A DNA stretch of 64,000 nt from Octopus vulgaris (taxonomy: Eukaryota): assembly GCA_951406725.2 (NCBI GenBank), contig OX597842.1:27094001-27158000 (forward strand), given 5' to 3'. The number at the start of each line of letters is the position of its first letter. Position 1 is the stretch's first letter. The translations under genes and the position numbers were made by a program. The notes beneath the pieces are model-generated. The model did no database searches. It was not told where the DNA came from and saw only the letters and a list, made by a program, of their open reading frames with translations. Below, piece after piece: positions 12,285 through 25,623 of this stretch.

Positions 12285-13090
12285 AGGTGGTGAGCTGGCA
12301 GAAACGTTAGCATGCCGGGCGAAATGCTTAGCGGTGTTTTGTCTGTCGTTATGCTCTGAGTTCAAATTCCGCCGAGGTCAACTTTGCCTTTCATCCTTTC
12401 GGGGTTGATTAAATAAGTACCAGTTACGCACTGGGGGTCGATATAATCGACTTAATCCGTCTGTTTGTCCTCTTTGTGTTTAGCCCCTTGCGGGTAAACC
12501 CATGCTAGCATGGAAAAGGGACGTTAAACGATGATGATGATGTATTTTGTCTGCCGTTACATTCTGAGTTCAAATTCCGCCGAGGTCAACTTTGCCTTTC
12601 ATCCTTTCAGGGTTGATAAATTAAGTACCAGTTTCACACTGGGGTCGATCTAATTGACTTAATTCCTTTGTCTGTCCTTGTTTGTCCCCTCTATGTTTAG
12701 CCCCTTGTGGGTAGTAAAGAAATAGGTATTTCATCTGTTATGTTCTGAGTTCAAATTCTGCCAAGGTTGACTTTGCCTTTCATCCTTTCGGGGTCGATAA
12801 ATTAAGTACCAGTTTCACACTGGGTTGATGTAATCGACTTAATCCATTTGTCTGTCCTTGTTTGTCCCCTCTGTGTTTAGCCCCTTGTGGGTAGTAAAGA
12901 AATAGGTATTTCGTCTGCCTTTATGTTCTGAGTTCAAATTCCGCCGGGGTCGACTTTGCCTTTCATCCTTTCGGCATCGATTAAATAAGTACCAGTTACA
13001 CCCTGAGGGGTCAATGTAATCAACTTAATTCATTTGTCTGTCCTTGTTTGTCCCCTCTATGTTTAGCCCCTCGTGGGTAGTAAAGAAATA
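12285..13090 (+). mobile_element. SINE family B (Meta-domain-like core), one head plus tandem about 190-bp bodies
   Basis: Head GGTGAGCTGGCAGAAACGTTAG; core GAGGTCGACTTTGCCTTTCATCCTTTCGGGGTCGATAAATTAAGTACC present four times. Confidence 0.8.
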
Positions 13091-13864
13091 TACATGATGG
13101 AAACAATGACTAGTCAAGTACTGGTTTTCCACACATCACTTGACAACCAACGTTAGTTTGTTTACATCCACGTAACTTAACAGTTCGGCAAAAAGTGGCT
13201 GATAGAATAAGTACTGGGCTTACAAAGAATAAGTCCTGGCGTCGAATTGTTTGACTAAAGGCACTGCTCCAGCATGGCCACAGCCAAATGACTGAAACAG
13301 GTAAAAGAACATTATTAAGATAATGAGCTAGCAGAATCGTTAGCACACCAGACAAAATACTATCCATTTGTTTGTCTTTGAAGAATACAAGAAAAAGCAT
13401 ATTCTATACATATATAGATACATGCATACACACCAATACTCGCCCACGTATACTATATTGTACATTGTAGTTTCGAAACGGGGAACAAAACAGCATTCGT
13501 TTTGAACGTCGCTTGCATTTTTGTCGGTTCTTGTTTTAGGGTCTGCTTTTTTTAATATTATCAGACATTTTCGCTCCTTCTTCATCTATCTGGCCTATTG
13601 ACTTGAGTATCTTAATTCTCGGAGTAGCTCACACATTGGGTACCATTTGATAGCCATCTCGGATTATGTCGGACCTTCATTCTTGATTATATATATATTT
13701 ATTTGTATATATACATACACACACACACACACATGCAGAGGCCAACTTTGCCGTACATCCTTTTGGGGGGTCAATAAAATAAGTACCAGTTGAATACTGG
13801 GGGGTCAATGTAATCAACTAGTCCCCTCCCCCAAAATATCAGGCCTTGTGCCTATAATAGAAAG

Positions 13865-13907
<43 letters not shown>

Positions 13908-14026
13908 GATGTCACACAGTATACAATATTGTGAGGTTGTTGATTGAAGATATTGTGTCTACCTGGGGTTTGAACTCTTTGTCAAGTCACAATAAGGACC
14001 TCAGACAGACTGTACTTTATGCAATA

Positions 14027-14399
14027 CTAGCAGTATCGCCCGGCGTTGCTCAGGTTTGTAAGGGAAATAACTATAAAGCATTTTTAGAGAGTTATAGCCA
14101 AAAAATGGAAAAAAATATGGTAAATTTTTTTTGAGAGTTAAAAAAGGATGGAGTTGCGTCCCCTAGACAGTCTGTGGTTCGTGTTTCTGATTCTCGACCC
14201 CATGTCGAATTTATCGATTTTTTTCAGAACTGGGGGAACTTTTCATAATTTTGGCTGCGTTAGTTTTGAATTATGACATTGGGCTATGTGTGTGTCAAGT
14301 TTCATCAGAATCGGTTGAAAGCCGTGGTCAGGGTGAGGGTACAAGCAAACAGACACACAGAAACACGCACAGACAAACTGCCGTTTATATAGAGAGAGA
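14027..14399 (-). mobile_element. Non-autonomous Helitron nested in the R4-like LINE
   Basis: Minus strand A|TC...CCTGAGCAACGCCGGG-CGATACTG-CTAG|T; same 3' end as 5027-5416. Confidence 0.75.
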
Positions 14400-14779
14400 T
14401 GCATGCAGTTCCAAGTAATGCCAGCTTTTGCAATACACCTAGACTCTAAGGTATTTCTAAACTTTCCAGATATTTCTTCAGGTTACGTGGCATTGAACCC
14501 AATTCTCTGATGGCAACAGGGATAACCTTTATGCTCAACTCTCGTACCTGCCACATCTTGGCAATCTCAATTCTTAGGTCTCCATATTTATCAACCTCTT
14601 CTCTTTCCATCATGATAATATGTTGATCTTCTGGCACTGCCATGCCAATTATTAGGCATTCTTGTTTGTCCCTCCTAAAGGTTACTATATCCAGGGCTTA
14701 GCCGCATGGTTACTTCGCTCACTCTGAACTCTCATCGAAGATTTCCTACCTTCAAACCGCTGGCGCTGTCTTACACACT

Positions 14780-15207
14780 TTTATTTGGCCGATGCCAGCA
14801 CCGCCTCGACTGGCTTCTGTGCCGGTGGCACATAAAAAGCACCGTCCGATCGTGGGTGATGCCAGCACCGCCTCGACTGGCTTCTGTGCCGGTGGCACAT
14901 AAAAAGCACCGTCCGATCGTGGGTGATGCCAGCACCGCCTCGACCGGCTTCTGTGCCGGTGGCACATAAAAAGCACCGTCCGATTTGGCCGATGCCAGAC
15001 CCCTCTGGCACCTGTGCAGGTGGCACGTAAAAAGCACCCACTACACTCGCAGAGTGGTTGGCGTTAGGAAGGGCATCCAGCTGTAGAAACATTGCCAGAT
15101 CAGACTGGAGCTTGGAGCAGCCCCTGGCTCCCCAGACCCTGGTCGAACCGTCTAACTGGTGCTAGCGCGGAAAACGGACGTTAAACGATGATGATGATGA
15201 TGATGAT
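14780..15207 (+). mobile_element. Family C (RTE 3'UTR) copy with about 62-bp tandem units
   Basis: Repeated GATGCCAGCACCGCCTCGACTGGCTTCTGTGCCGGTGGCACATAAAAAGCACC units, core, (GAT)n tail. Confidence 0.8.
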
Positions 15208-16692
15208 ACTCTAATACCTTGTTTGTCTGAAAGTCCAAGTCCCAGAGGATTTTTACCTTCCCCTTTTCATCCATTATCTTTTTTGGTGTCTGTTAGTACC
15301 AAGCACCTATAACCTCATATCCATTCTTATGGCATAGTAACCAGTGGAGTTTTTGAGCTACCTTGACATATGTACGCTTGTACTCTTTCTGCGTAAGACT
15401 TTCACAAGCACTAACAATGTGAGTCACACTTTCAACCCTCTTCCCACACATTCTTTTTCACTGAGTTGCACTTGTGTGACATATATTCTTTTTCACTGAG
15501 TTGCACTTGTGTGGCATATATTCTTTTTCACTGAGTTGCACTTGTGTGACATATATTTTTTTTCACTGAGTTAGTATTCAATGCCTGGTCCTGTGCAGCG
15601 ATGATTAGGCTTTCAGTATTCTTTTTTAGGTCACCCTTGTTAAGCTGTTAGGGGTCTTTTAATTGTTGGTTTCATGGAACTAATGAATCCACCGTGAAAC
15701 CATTATTATTATTATTGTGGTCAGCTGGCAGAATCATTAAAACACTGGGCAAAATTCTAAGCAGCATTTCCTCCCTCTTTATGTTTGAATTCAAATTCTA
15801 CCAATGTTGATTTTGCCTTTCATCCTTTTGGGGGTTGATGAAATAAGTACCAGTAAAACACTGGGGTCCATGTATTCAACTTGTCCCATCCTCAAAATTT
15901 CAGTCCTTGTGTCTTTAGTAGAAAAGATTATTATTAATATCAAGGTGGGTGGCCAGCAGAATTGTTAGCTCTCTGGGCAGAATGCTTAGCAGTATTTCAT
16001 CTGTCTGTATGTTCTGAGTTCAAATTCTGTTGAGGTCGGCTTTGCCTTTCATCCTTTTGGGGGTCAATAAAATAAGTACTGGAGTTGATGTAATTAACTA
16101 TCCCCCTCCCCCAAATTTCAGGTCTTGTGCCTTTAGTAGAAAGGATTATTATTAGAGGGAAGGGCTGTCTGGTAGCAAGTTTATTGAAAGGTGGGTGAAT
16201 GTCGCAAGAATGGCCAGTATGAACGGACCAATTCTGAGGATACACCTGTGAAAAATTAAAAGGAAATATAAAAGGAGAAAGGGGCTCTCTACCCCCCTTT
16301 TGACCAGGTTCCCGTGGCTTTTATGGGTTTTTCCACGAGTAACCCTTTCGAAGCGCCTCCCCCTATTGGGAGTTTTAATTGTTACTTACATTTCGTTGTT
16401 ATCCTGCTTTTGTACATGGACCCTTTTTTCAAAACGGACAAAACCCTTTGTAACCTTTCATCCTGTGTTTTGTCCCTTTATGTTTTAATTGATTTTTGTT
16501 AGCCCGTGTGGCCAATAAACAAATTTGTTATTATTATTATTAATTTTATTATTGTTTCAAATTCTGCCGAGGTCAGCTTCGCCTTTCATCCTTTCGGGGT
16601 TGATAAATCAAGTACCAGTTAAGTACTGGGGTCGATGGAATCGACTATGCCCCCTCCCTCCAATTTCAGGCCTTGTGCCTATAACAGAAAGG

Positions 16693-16725
<33 letters not shown>

Positions 16726-16831
16726 TCAAACGGACAAAACCCTTTTGTAACTTTCGTCCTGTGTTTTGCCCCTTTATGTTTTAATTGATATTTGTCAGCC
16801 CTTGTGGCCAATAAACGAATTTATTATTATT

Positions 16832-17133
16832 ATTGAGTGAGCGAGCAGAGCATGCCATCAAAGTGACACTGGGGTAAAATATACGAAGCCCAGTATACCC
16901 ATCATGACTACCCGTCTGATAAGGGTACACCAGGCACATGCATCACAACCATATGTGCGCGACATGGTGATCTCATATCAAGATAAACAGCGCATGACCT
17001 TGCAGGTGGGGCCCAGTTAGAATTTTCTTCAGGTCAGGTAACCCATCCCGCTCAAAAGGTCCCTGAATAAGGGTTGTTTAAGGACGTTGAATGAAACACC
17101 TATGTTTCCAGAGGTGAATTATTCAAACCCCAA
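16832..17133. mobile_element. Unclassified interspersed repeat (family F) associated with (ATT)n
   Basis: Near-identical copy at 56258-56490. Confidence 0.7.
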
Positions 17134-17567
17134 AATTATTATTATTATTATTATCATCATTATTATTATTATTAATTGAATATGCAAAACTGTTGATGGT
17201 CATTATTGACGTACGTTTAAACGTGTTTGAATGAAATTAGAACATTGTGCATGAAGCAATATTTGTCTTTTTTGTTTCCCAATCAGCATTATTGATCTTT
17301 TATTCTCAAATAATAGACTGCATGCAGTAGATTGTATAGAATTTAGTATTGAACTTCAATAATATAAATTGTAGAAAAGAAAGAAAACCAGTCTACTATT
17401 CTTTATTTTATTATCACCATCATCATTATTATTATTATTGTATTCAAGTCCTGCCAAGGTCAAGTTTGTCATTAATCCTTTTGCGGGTCGATAAATGAAA
17501 GTACCGGTCAAGGACTAGGGTTGATATGATCGTCTAACCCCTCTCTTCCCCTTAAGCTGCTATCCTT

Positions 17568-18190
17568 CATCATCATCATCATCATCATTTAGTGTCCGCT
17601 TTCCATGCTAGCATGGGTTGGACGGTTTGACTGAGGTCTGGGAAGCCAGAAGGCTGCACCAGGCCCAGTCTGATCTGTCAGTGTTTCTACGGCTGGATGC
17701 CCTTCCTAATGCCAACCACTCCATGAGTGTAGTGGGTGCTTTTTACGTGCCAGATGGGGCTGGCAAAACAGCCATGATCGGATGGTGCTTTTTGCGTGCC
17801 ACCAGCACAAAGGCCAGGCGAGGCTGGCAACGGCCATGATTGGATGGTGCTTTTTACATGCCATCAGCACGGAAGCCAGTCGGGGCGGCGCTGGCAACGG
17901 CCATGTTCGGATGGTTCTCTTACATGCCACCGGCACTGGTATCCCACTACAATCTCCATTGATGTTGATTGATTTCGATTCTGATTCTCGCTTGCCTCAA
18001 CAGGTCTTAACAAGTAGAGCTTTGTGTCCCAAGAAGGAAAGGTATGCATAAGTGGACTGGCTACATCCCAGGTAGAGGCCACGAGTTATGGTCTCACTTG
18101 TCCTGCCGGATCTTCTCACGCACAGCATACTTCCATAGGTCTCGGTCTCTTGTCATTTCCTCGGTGAGACCTAAAGTTCGAAGGTCGTGC
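17568..18190 (-). mobile_element. RTE LINE 3' end: ORF tail continuous with family C 3'UTR
   Basis: HDLRTLGLTEEMTRDRDLWKYAVREKIRQDK* followed by UTR, tandem units, core and (GAT)n tail. Confidence 0.8.
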
Positions 18191-19164
18191 CCCTTGTGTC
18201 CATATTTTAAACCATGAGGGCAGTAAGGTGGTAGAAATCCTACTGAGGTTGACTTTGCCTTTTGTCCTTTTCCGTGTTGATAAAATAGGTACCAGTTTTG
18301 CACAGGGGTTGATGTAATTGAGTAGCCCCTCCCCACGAAATTTCAGCACTTTTGCCTCTAGTAGAAAGGATTATTATTATCGTTATTATTAAGGTGGCGA
18401 ACTGGCAGAATCGTTAGCACGCTGAGTGAAATGTTTAGTGGTATTTTGTCTGCTGCTACGTTCTGAGTTCAAATTCCGCCGAGGTCGACTTTGCCTTTCA
18501 TCCTTTCTGGGTCAATAAAGTAAATACCAGTTGAACACTGGGGTCAGTGTAATTGACTTAACCCCTCTCCTGAAATTGCTGGTATTGTGTCAAAATCTGA
18601 AACCGTTGTTATTATTACCACTGCCTTAGTAAAGGTGGAGGTATTGTTTTCAGTCATGTTTGTTTGGACAAGATATCTCAAGAACCACTGGATGGATTTG
18701 GATGAAACTTTCAGTGATGTTTGGCCTTGTGACTGGCATGAACTGATTAGATTTTGGGATCAATCCGGTACTGGACAAGGATTCTGGATTATTTTTCTGT
18801 TTTTTTTGAGAGTGGTCAGGTTCATTTCTATTATACTTGTTTGTGAGAGCAGTCGAGTTTATTTCAGATATTCTCATTTTAAAAATCATCTCCAGCTAAT
18901 CGTTGAGAGGACATTAGTGTTGCCTTGGCGGGGGTTTGCACTCTTTGAGTGCTCTTGTTGTTGTTGTTGTTGTTGTTAAAACTACAAGGTAGTAGAATCT
19001 TTGAGGAAGTTGGTTCAAACTTATTTTGTATGGCTCTTGATGTTCTCAGTGTGAAAGAGTGACAATGATTTTCTCACAAGTTTCCATCTACCAAATCCAC
19101 TCACAAGGCTTTGGTCAGCCTGAGGCTGTAGTAGAAAACACTTGCCCAAGGTATATATAATGGA

Positions 19165-19520
19165 ATTATTGTATACAGTGCTCAGTTGCATCACAACTTG
19201 TCAAAAAGTACGTATAAAGTATATGCAGTAATGTACAAATGTCTGGGGAGTGAACAGTGTATGAGTCAGATAGATGCTTGCTTGTGTGTATGGAGGGGAG
19301 AAAATCAGGTGTAGTGTTGGCGAATCTCAGGAAGCATGGAAGTCTTGAAGGATGCAGTGCTCCGACAACCAACAACTGATGCCGGCAGTTTGTTCCATGC
19401 TTCAGCAACTCTCAGCATGAAAAAATGTTTCCGAAAGTCATGGGGGCTGTGCTGTTTTCTGACTTTGTAAACATGTCCACGGGTGTGAGACGGGTCGAGT
19501 TTGAAAAGGTACTCAGAGTT
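19165..19520 (-). mobile_element. CR1-clade LINE 3' end, same family as 2140-2725, inserted in a SINE A fragment
   Basis: Reverse complement of about 2150-2505. Confidence 0.85.
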
Positions 19521-19732
19521 GCCATGCTATAGGACTGAACCTAGAACCATATGGTTGAGAAGCAAATTTCTTACCACACGTGTATACCTTTGCCTTTTAG
19601 TGTATTTTTGTGATGTATAACTAGGAAAATTTATGGATTGTTTGATAAGGGTGAGGGGAAAATAAATTAGATGATGAATATGGTGGTTGCTTAAATATTT
19701 ATTTATGCCATCTCTTCTGCTTCCTCCGACAG

Positions 19733-19831
19733 GTCTGCAGGGAAATCCATTGTCTCCAGATATTTTAAATCGTTACAATGAACCAAACGGGACTCAAAAG
19801 CTACTCAGCTACATGTTGGATCACTTAGCAC
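19733..19831 (+). CDS. CNOT6: CNOT6 exon, LRR cap (G-LQGNPLSPDILNRYNEPNGTQKLLSYMLDHLA)
   Basis: Pyrimidine tract plus CAG acceptor at 19730-19732 and donor C|GTAAGT at 19831/19832. The phase-1 start completes the Gly codon from 4824. Matches the CNOT6 LKGNPLxxDILxLYxEPDGTxxLLxYxLD segment. Confidence 0.92.
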
Positions 19832-20152
19832 GTAAGTACAATAACCCTTGTTATACCAACCCACTCAAAGCAGCCCATGGTATCCGTGATATAATGTGCC
19901 ACGCATTGGGACTGAACCCGGAACCATGTGGTTGAGAATCAAGCTTTCTATTTCTTCAGACTTTATTTATTTTTTATTTTTTTATAATTTTGTTCTTTTG
20001 GTTTCACCATTCATTTTAACTCAGATCTGCATTGAGTTAACCTTGGGATTCCCAAACGACAATGCTACATTCACGTAATTAAGGTATACTCAGCCTGATG
20101 AATAGCTTAGCTGGGTACCCCTCATTGAATAATTGTTACTTCAGAGGATCAA

Positions 20153-20440
20153 ATCATCATCATCATCATCATCGTTTAATGTCCGTTTTCCGCGCTAGCA
20201 CGGGTTGGACGGTTCGACCGGGGTCTGGGAAGTCAGAAGGCTGTACCAGGCTCCAGTCTGATCTGGCAGAGTTTCTACAGCTGGATGCCCTTCCTAACGC
20301 CAACCACTCCGTGAGTGTAGTGGGTGCTTTTTACATGCCACCGGCACAGGTGCCAGGGGAGTCTGGCAGTGGCCATGACCGGTTGGTGCTTTTAATGTGC
20401 CACCGGCACGGAAGCCAGCCAAGGCGGCGCTGGCATCGGC
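20153..20440 (-). mobile_element. Family C copy
   Basis: (CAT)n CGTTTAATGTCCG...CTGGATGCCCTTCCTAACGCCAACC. Confidence 0.8.
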
Positions 20441-20509
20441 CTCAGCAAAGAAATATACGTAGCCTGGCCTTTACCTGTTCAACTCCCTCAATTTGCATTT
20501 TTATTCACT

Positions 20510-21055
20510 GAGGTGCTGATCTCGAACTGCAGAGGGAACATGTGGAAGGAGTAGACCCAGGAAGACCTGGGACAAAGTGGTGAGAAAGGATCTACAGATG
20601 TTGGGACTCATGGAGGGGATGATAGGGGGCTGAGAATCCTGGTGGTTGGTTTGCTGTGCTTGAAAAGACACATCAAGCTAAGGTAAAAGTGGGGTCGCCC
20701 TTGCAAAGAGGCTCAACCCCCGCAACCCTCTCCAGCTGAGCATCCCTAGTCTTGCAGGCTCATAGGTGTTGGTGCCACAAAAAAAAAAAAAAGCACTCTG
20801 TCCACATTGTAAAGTGGTTGGTATTCAGAAGGGCATCTAGCTGTAAAAACCTTGCCAAAACTGACCTCACCTGTGCTTGTGCCACGTAAAAAGCACTAAG
20901 TCCACTCAGCTGAGTGATTGGTATTAGGAAGGGCATCCAGCTGTAAAAATCCTGCCAAGACAGTCACAAAAGTCTGGTGCAGGCTTCTACCTGGCCAGCT
21001 CATGTGAAACCACCCCATCCATGCTAGCATTGAAGGTGGATATTAAATGATGATG
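20510..21055 (+). mobile_element. RTE LINE 3' end (older subfamily)
   Basis: RPRKTWDKVVRKDLQMLGLMEGM followed by family C-like UTR and (GAT)n tail. Confidence 0.7.
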
Positions 21056-21063
21056 ACATAGGG

Positions 21064-21264
21064 CAGTGCTTTTCAACCTTTTTGCTGGAGTGGATCCCCA
21101 AGGAAACATTCCACTGGCTCGAGGAACCCCTGTGCAATAATTTAATTGTCATATGCACACATATCTGCACAGGAGAATTAAAAATTACTGCCGATTTTAG
21201 CAGTTTTGTAACTTCTTGTGGAACCCCTGGACTGTACTGGTGGAACCCTGGTCGAAAACCACTG
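21064..21264. mobile_element. hAT-type MITE
   Basis: TIRs CAGTGCTTTTCAACC / GGTCGAAAACCACTG; perfect 8-bp TSD ACATAGGG at 21056-21063 and 21265-21272. Confidence 0.85.
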
Positions 21265-21691
21265 ACATAGGGTAACGTTTCTATCAGCACGCCACCTTAC
21301 ATACCTGTTTCTCCTCTTCACACCACTGATGTTATCCAAGGGAAAGGCAAAGGCTGATACAGAGCTATAGTAGAAAATACTTGCCCAGGAACTGAACCTA
21401 AAACCACTTTGTTGCTATTTTTTTTTACTGGTTTCAGCCATTTGACTGGGGTCATGCTTGAAATTACATATACCCTCCTTCGACTGCATGGCTGTGATAT
21501 TTTTTTATTTATAAATTCCACGCTCTGTTTTTAAAATTGGGTGTGGGTGTCTCTGTTATTGTCAAGTGCAGCGTATATGGCACGATGTGTAGGTGGCGCT
21601 GCTGGTATTTTTCAGTATCTGGTGGTGTGATAAACGAAATTTTAATGCTTACCTCATTGCAAGACACAGTAACCTGACACTAGAGCTGGCC

Positions 21692-21735
21692 TATATATGT
21701 ATATGAGTGTGTGTGTGTATGTGTCTGTATGTATG

Positions 21736-21766
<31 letters not shown>

Positions 21767-22208
21767 ATGCATTTGTATGTATATATATATATGTGTGTGT
21801 GTGTGTATATATATGCGTCTGTATGTATGTATATATATGTGTGTGTGTGTGTATATATATGTCTGTATGTATGTATATATATGTGTGTGTGTGTATATAT
21901 GCATCTGTATGTATATATATATATTTGTGTGTGTGTGTGTGTGTGTATATATATGTGTCTATGTATGTATATATATATATGCATGTATGTAAGTGTGTGT
22001 GTGTATATATGCGTCTGTATGTATGTATATATATATGTGTGTGTGTGTATATATATGTCTGTATGTATGTATATATGTGTGTGTGTATATATATGCATCT
22101 GTATGTATATATATATATTTGTGTGTGTGTGTGTGTATATATATGTGTCTATGTATGTATATATATATATGCATGTATGTAAGTATGTGTGTGTATATAT
22201 ATATATAT
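21692..22208. repeat. Compound (TA)/(TG)/(TATG) microsatellite
   Basis: Direct reading. Confidence 0.95.
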
Positions 22209-22879
22209 TGGTTTTCTCTTCTCAGTTTTTGTTTGGTGGGGAATGTGTGGCCTTGTAAGGTGTATGTGAAGCGACTGTGACGACCTTTGCAATTAATACA
22301 AACACAGGTGTAAAATAATGATGCAGAGTAGGAGCTGCCATTGAGGTTTCTGAAGAAGGCAAACATGTTTATTTATTTGCTCTGTCTGTGTTTTTATTTC
22401 TTTTTTGCTTCTTTTACAAAATACAAAAAGGAGTATGTTGTTGTTGTTGTTATTATTATTATTACTACCTGTGAGAGTCATTAGTCCACCACGGGAAATG
22501 CTTGGCTGTATTTCACCTGTTGTTGCATTCTGTGTTTGAATTCGGCCAAGGTTGACTTTACCTTTCATCCTTTTGGGGTTGATAAATCAAGTACCAGTTG
22601 CGTACCAAATCCACTCACAAGGCTTTGGTCAGCCCGAGGCTATAGTAGAAGACACCTGTTCAAGGTGCCATGCAGTGGAACTGAACCCAGAACCATGTGG
22701 TTGGGAAGCAAGCTTCTTACCACACAGCCACGTTTGGTGACATTTCGTCTGTCTTTATGAGTTCAAGTTCTGCTGAGGTTGTCTTTCATCCTTTTGGGGT
22801 TGATAAAATAAGTACCAGTAGAGTACTGGAGTCCGTGTAAACAACTCCCTTCCCCCCGACAATTTCAGGCCTTGTATCA

Positions 22880-24057
22880 TACCACCTGTGTCATCTCTTG
22901 TGAAAGGTAGAAGAGTCCAGTTTGTTGGACATTTTTGTAGAGCTGAAAACAAGGTAATTTTACTCTTCTCCTCTGGAAGCCATCTACTCGCAATACCAGA
23001 GGGTGCACACTCTCCTACCCTGATGTAATCTCCAGGGATACAGGCATCCAGCAACAGGACCTCCGTAATGCTATGATGGACCGTGAAGTCTGGCGTAACA
23101 TAGTAAATTCCATTGTCTTGACCACTGTCGAACAATGATGCTGATGATGTGTGTGAATGTGTGTGTGTGTTTTGTGAATGTGTATGTGCACGTTTGTGTG
23201 TTTGTGTTTGTTTCCATCCTTTTGGGGTTGATAAAATAAGTACCAGTAGAGTACTGGAGTCCGTGTAAACAAAATCTCTCGTGGAAGCGTCATCCAACCA
23301 AAGTACAAATATATAGGAAACTACCACCTGTGTCATCTCTTGTAAAAGGTAGAAGAGTCCAGTTTGCTGGACATTGTTGCAGAGCTGAAAACGAGGCAAT
23401 TTCTACTCTTCTCCTCTGGAAGCCATCTGCTCGCGATACCAGAGGGCGCACGTTCTCCTACCCTGATGTAATCTCCAGGGATACAGGCATCCAGCAACAG
23501 GACCTCCGTAATGCTATGATGGACTGTGAAGTTTGGCGTAACATAGTAAATTCCATTGTCTTGACCACTGTCGAACAATGATGATGTGTGTGTGAATGTG
23601 TGTGTGTGTTTTGTGAATGTGTATGTGCACGTATGTGTGTTTGTGTATGTGTGTGTATGTGCGTGTGTGAATCAAAGGTTATCAAAGAAGCTTGAGAGGC
23701 AGTTGAACGGAACCTACACTCGCCTCCTTATGAGAGCTCAAAATCTCTCGTGGAAGCGTCATCCAACCAAAGTACAAATATATAGGAAACTACCACCTGT
23801 GTCATCTCTTGCAAAAGGTAGAAGAGTCCAGTTTGCTGGACATTGTTGCAGAGCTGAAAACGAGGCAATTTCTACTCTTCTCCTCTGGAAGCCATCTGCT
23901 CGCGATACCAGAGGGCGCACGTTCTCCTACCCTGATGTAATCTCCAGGGATACAGGCATCCAGCAACAGGACCTCCGTAATGCTATGACGGACTGTGAAG
24001 TCTGGTGTAGCATAGTAAATTCCATTGTCTTGACCACGGTCGAACAATGATGGTGAT
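22880..24057 (+). mobile_element. Three tandem copies of an RTE-clade LINE 3' end with (TGA)n tails
   Basis: GTYTRLLMRAQNLSWKRHPTK..RRVQFAGHCCR..W..IVNSIVLTTVEQ* at about 22880-23147, 23272-23585 and 23675-24057. Confidence 0.85.
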
Positions 24058-24424
24058 GCAGGCCTTGTACCTAGCAGTCTGGGCAAAATACTCAGCAACA
24101 TTGTTTTCCATTTTTACATTCTGAGTTCAAATCCTGCCGAGGTTGACTTTGCCTTTCATCTTTACGTGGTCGATAAAATAAAGTACCGGTTGGTCAGTGG
24201 GGTCAATGCAGTCAACCTCCAACTGGCCTTGTGCCATAATTCGAAACCATTGTTGTTGTTGTTTGTTTTTATTGTTGTTTAGGAATTTATAAAAAGGTAT
24301 TTGATTACCTGAAATACCTTATAAAAAGGTGTTTGATTACCTCATAGAAAGGTGTGTGTGTAAATATATGTAATTGTAAATAAATCAAAATAGATATGTG
24401 TGTTGGTGCATATATAATTTTTGT

Positions 24425-24940
24425 TTTTGTTTGACCCCAGGTCAGTCCTGATCCAGACTGTCCAATGATCAAAGATGTTCCAGCTGTGACCATCCCATCT
24501 TTTATTCAGACCAAGTGTATCTAGGACTACATTATCTAATGTATAGTATAGTAGTTAGTATGAGTGGCTAACTTGTTGTTTAGCGCCAGGTCAGTCCTGA
24601 TCCAGACAGACCTATGATCAAAGATGTTCCGCCTGTGACCATCCCATCTTTTATTCAGATCTAGTGTATCTAGGACTACATTATCTAATGTATAGTAGTT
24701 AGTATTAGTGGCTATAGTTATTGTTGTTTAGCCCAAGGTCAGTCCTGATCCAGACAGACCTATGATCAAAGATGTTCCGCCTGTGACCATCCCATCTTTT
24801 ATTCAGACCAAGTGTATCTAGGACTACATTATCTAATGTACAGTGATTGATATTAAGAGCTATAGTTGTTGCTATTTAGCCCCAGGTCAGTTCTGCTCCA
24901 GGAGACCTTTAATCAAAGACTTTCCTGCAGTGGCCATCTA
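24425..24940. repeat. About 148-bp satellite, array 1
   Basis: Units GTTGTTTAGCCC.AGGTCAGTCCTGATCCAGACAGACCTATGATCAAAG...GGACTACATTATCTAATG. Confidence 0.85.
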
Positions 24941-25079
24941 AGGCGGGTGCGGTGTTTTTGAGACTGGCTGTTATTTTTAGCTGCTCAAAAACCTTCCTGT
25001 GCAGGGTCTCCTTCTGTTTACAGACGAACTTTGGAGTATGTTTTGCGTGTGTTGTATTGTTTGTTGTGTGTGCATGTAT

Positions 25080-25119
<40 letters not shown>

Positions 25120-25574
25120 CTGTTGATGAATCAGTGCATGCTGTGTTCAGATGCCTTTATGTTGCTCTATGTATGTGTGTGTGTGTGTGTGTGTGTATAC
25201 ATTTGTTAGTGTAGTAGCGGGGGTGGGTAAGATAACGGTAATAATAATAATAATAATAGTAGTAGTAGTAGTGATAGTAGTAGTAGTAGTGTGGTGGTTA
25301 CTGCACTTGTTTTGGTTATGGTAGTAATTGTAGTAGTAGTAGTAGTAGTGGTGGTGGTGGTGGTGATGTTGGTGGCTATAATGCTGTAACTTGCATTAGT
25401 AGTAGCTGTGGTAGTAGTAGTAGTAGTAGCAACAGCATTAGTATGAGGTGAGGTGTTCATATTGGCAACTAAACAGCATAACATTAGTTGTTTTACTAGT
25501 TTACTAACCTATCTGTTGTCTTGGTCCCCCACCTCCACCTCTACACCTGTGAATGTGTGAGTGTATATATGTGT

Positions 25575-25623
<49 letters not shown>

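Larger units (their letters stand above)
13865..15660 (-). mobile_element. R4/Dong-like RLE non-LTR retrotransposon 3' remnant, interrupted by two insertions
   Basis: Minus strand reads TESLIIAAQDQAL, ESVTHIVSAC (zinc-knuckle region), KILWDLDFQT, ECLIIGMAVP..DKYGDLRIEIAKMW..KVIPVAI..LQKLALLGTA. (TAA)n tail at 13865-13906. Confidence 0.75.

Noticed and set aside
24981-25036. Possible next CNOT6 exon (TTTTTAG...GA|GTATGT)
   Set aside because: Peptide has no CCR4 similarity, exit phase is 2, and the acceptor lies in repeat-like sequence.
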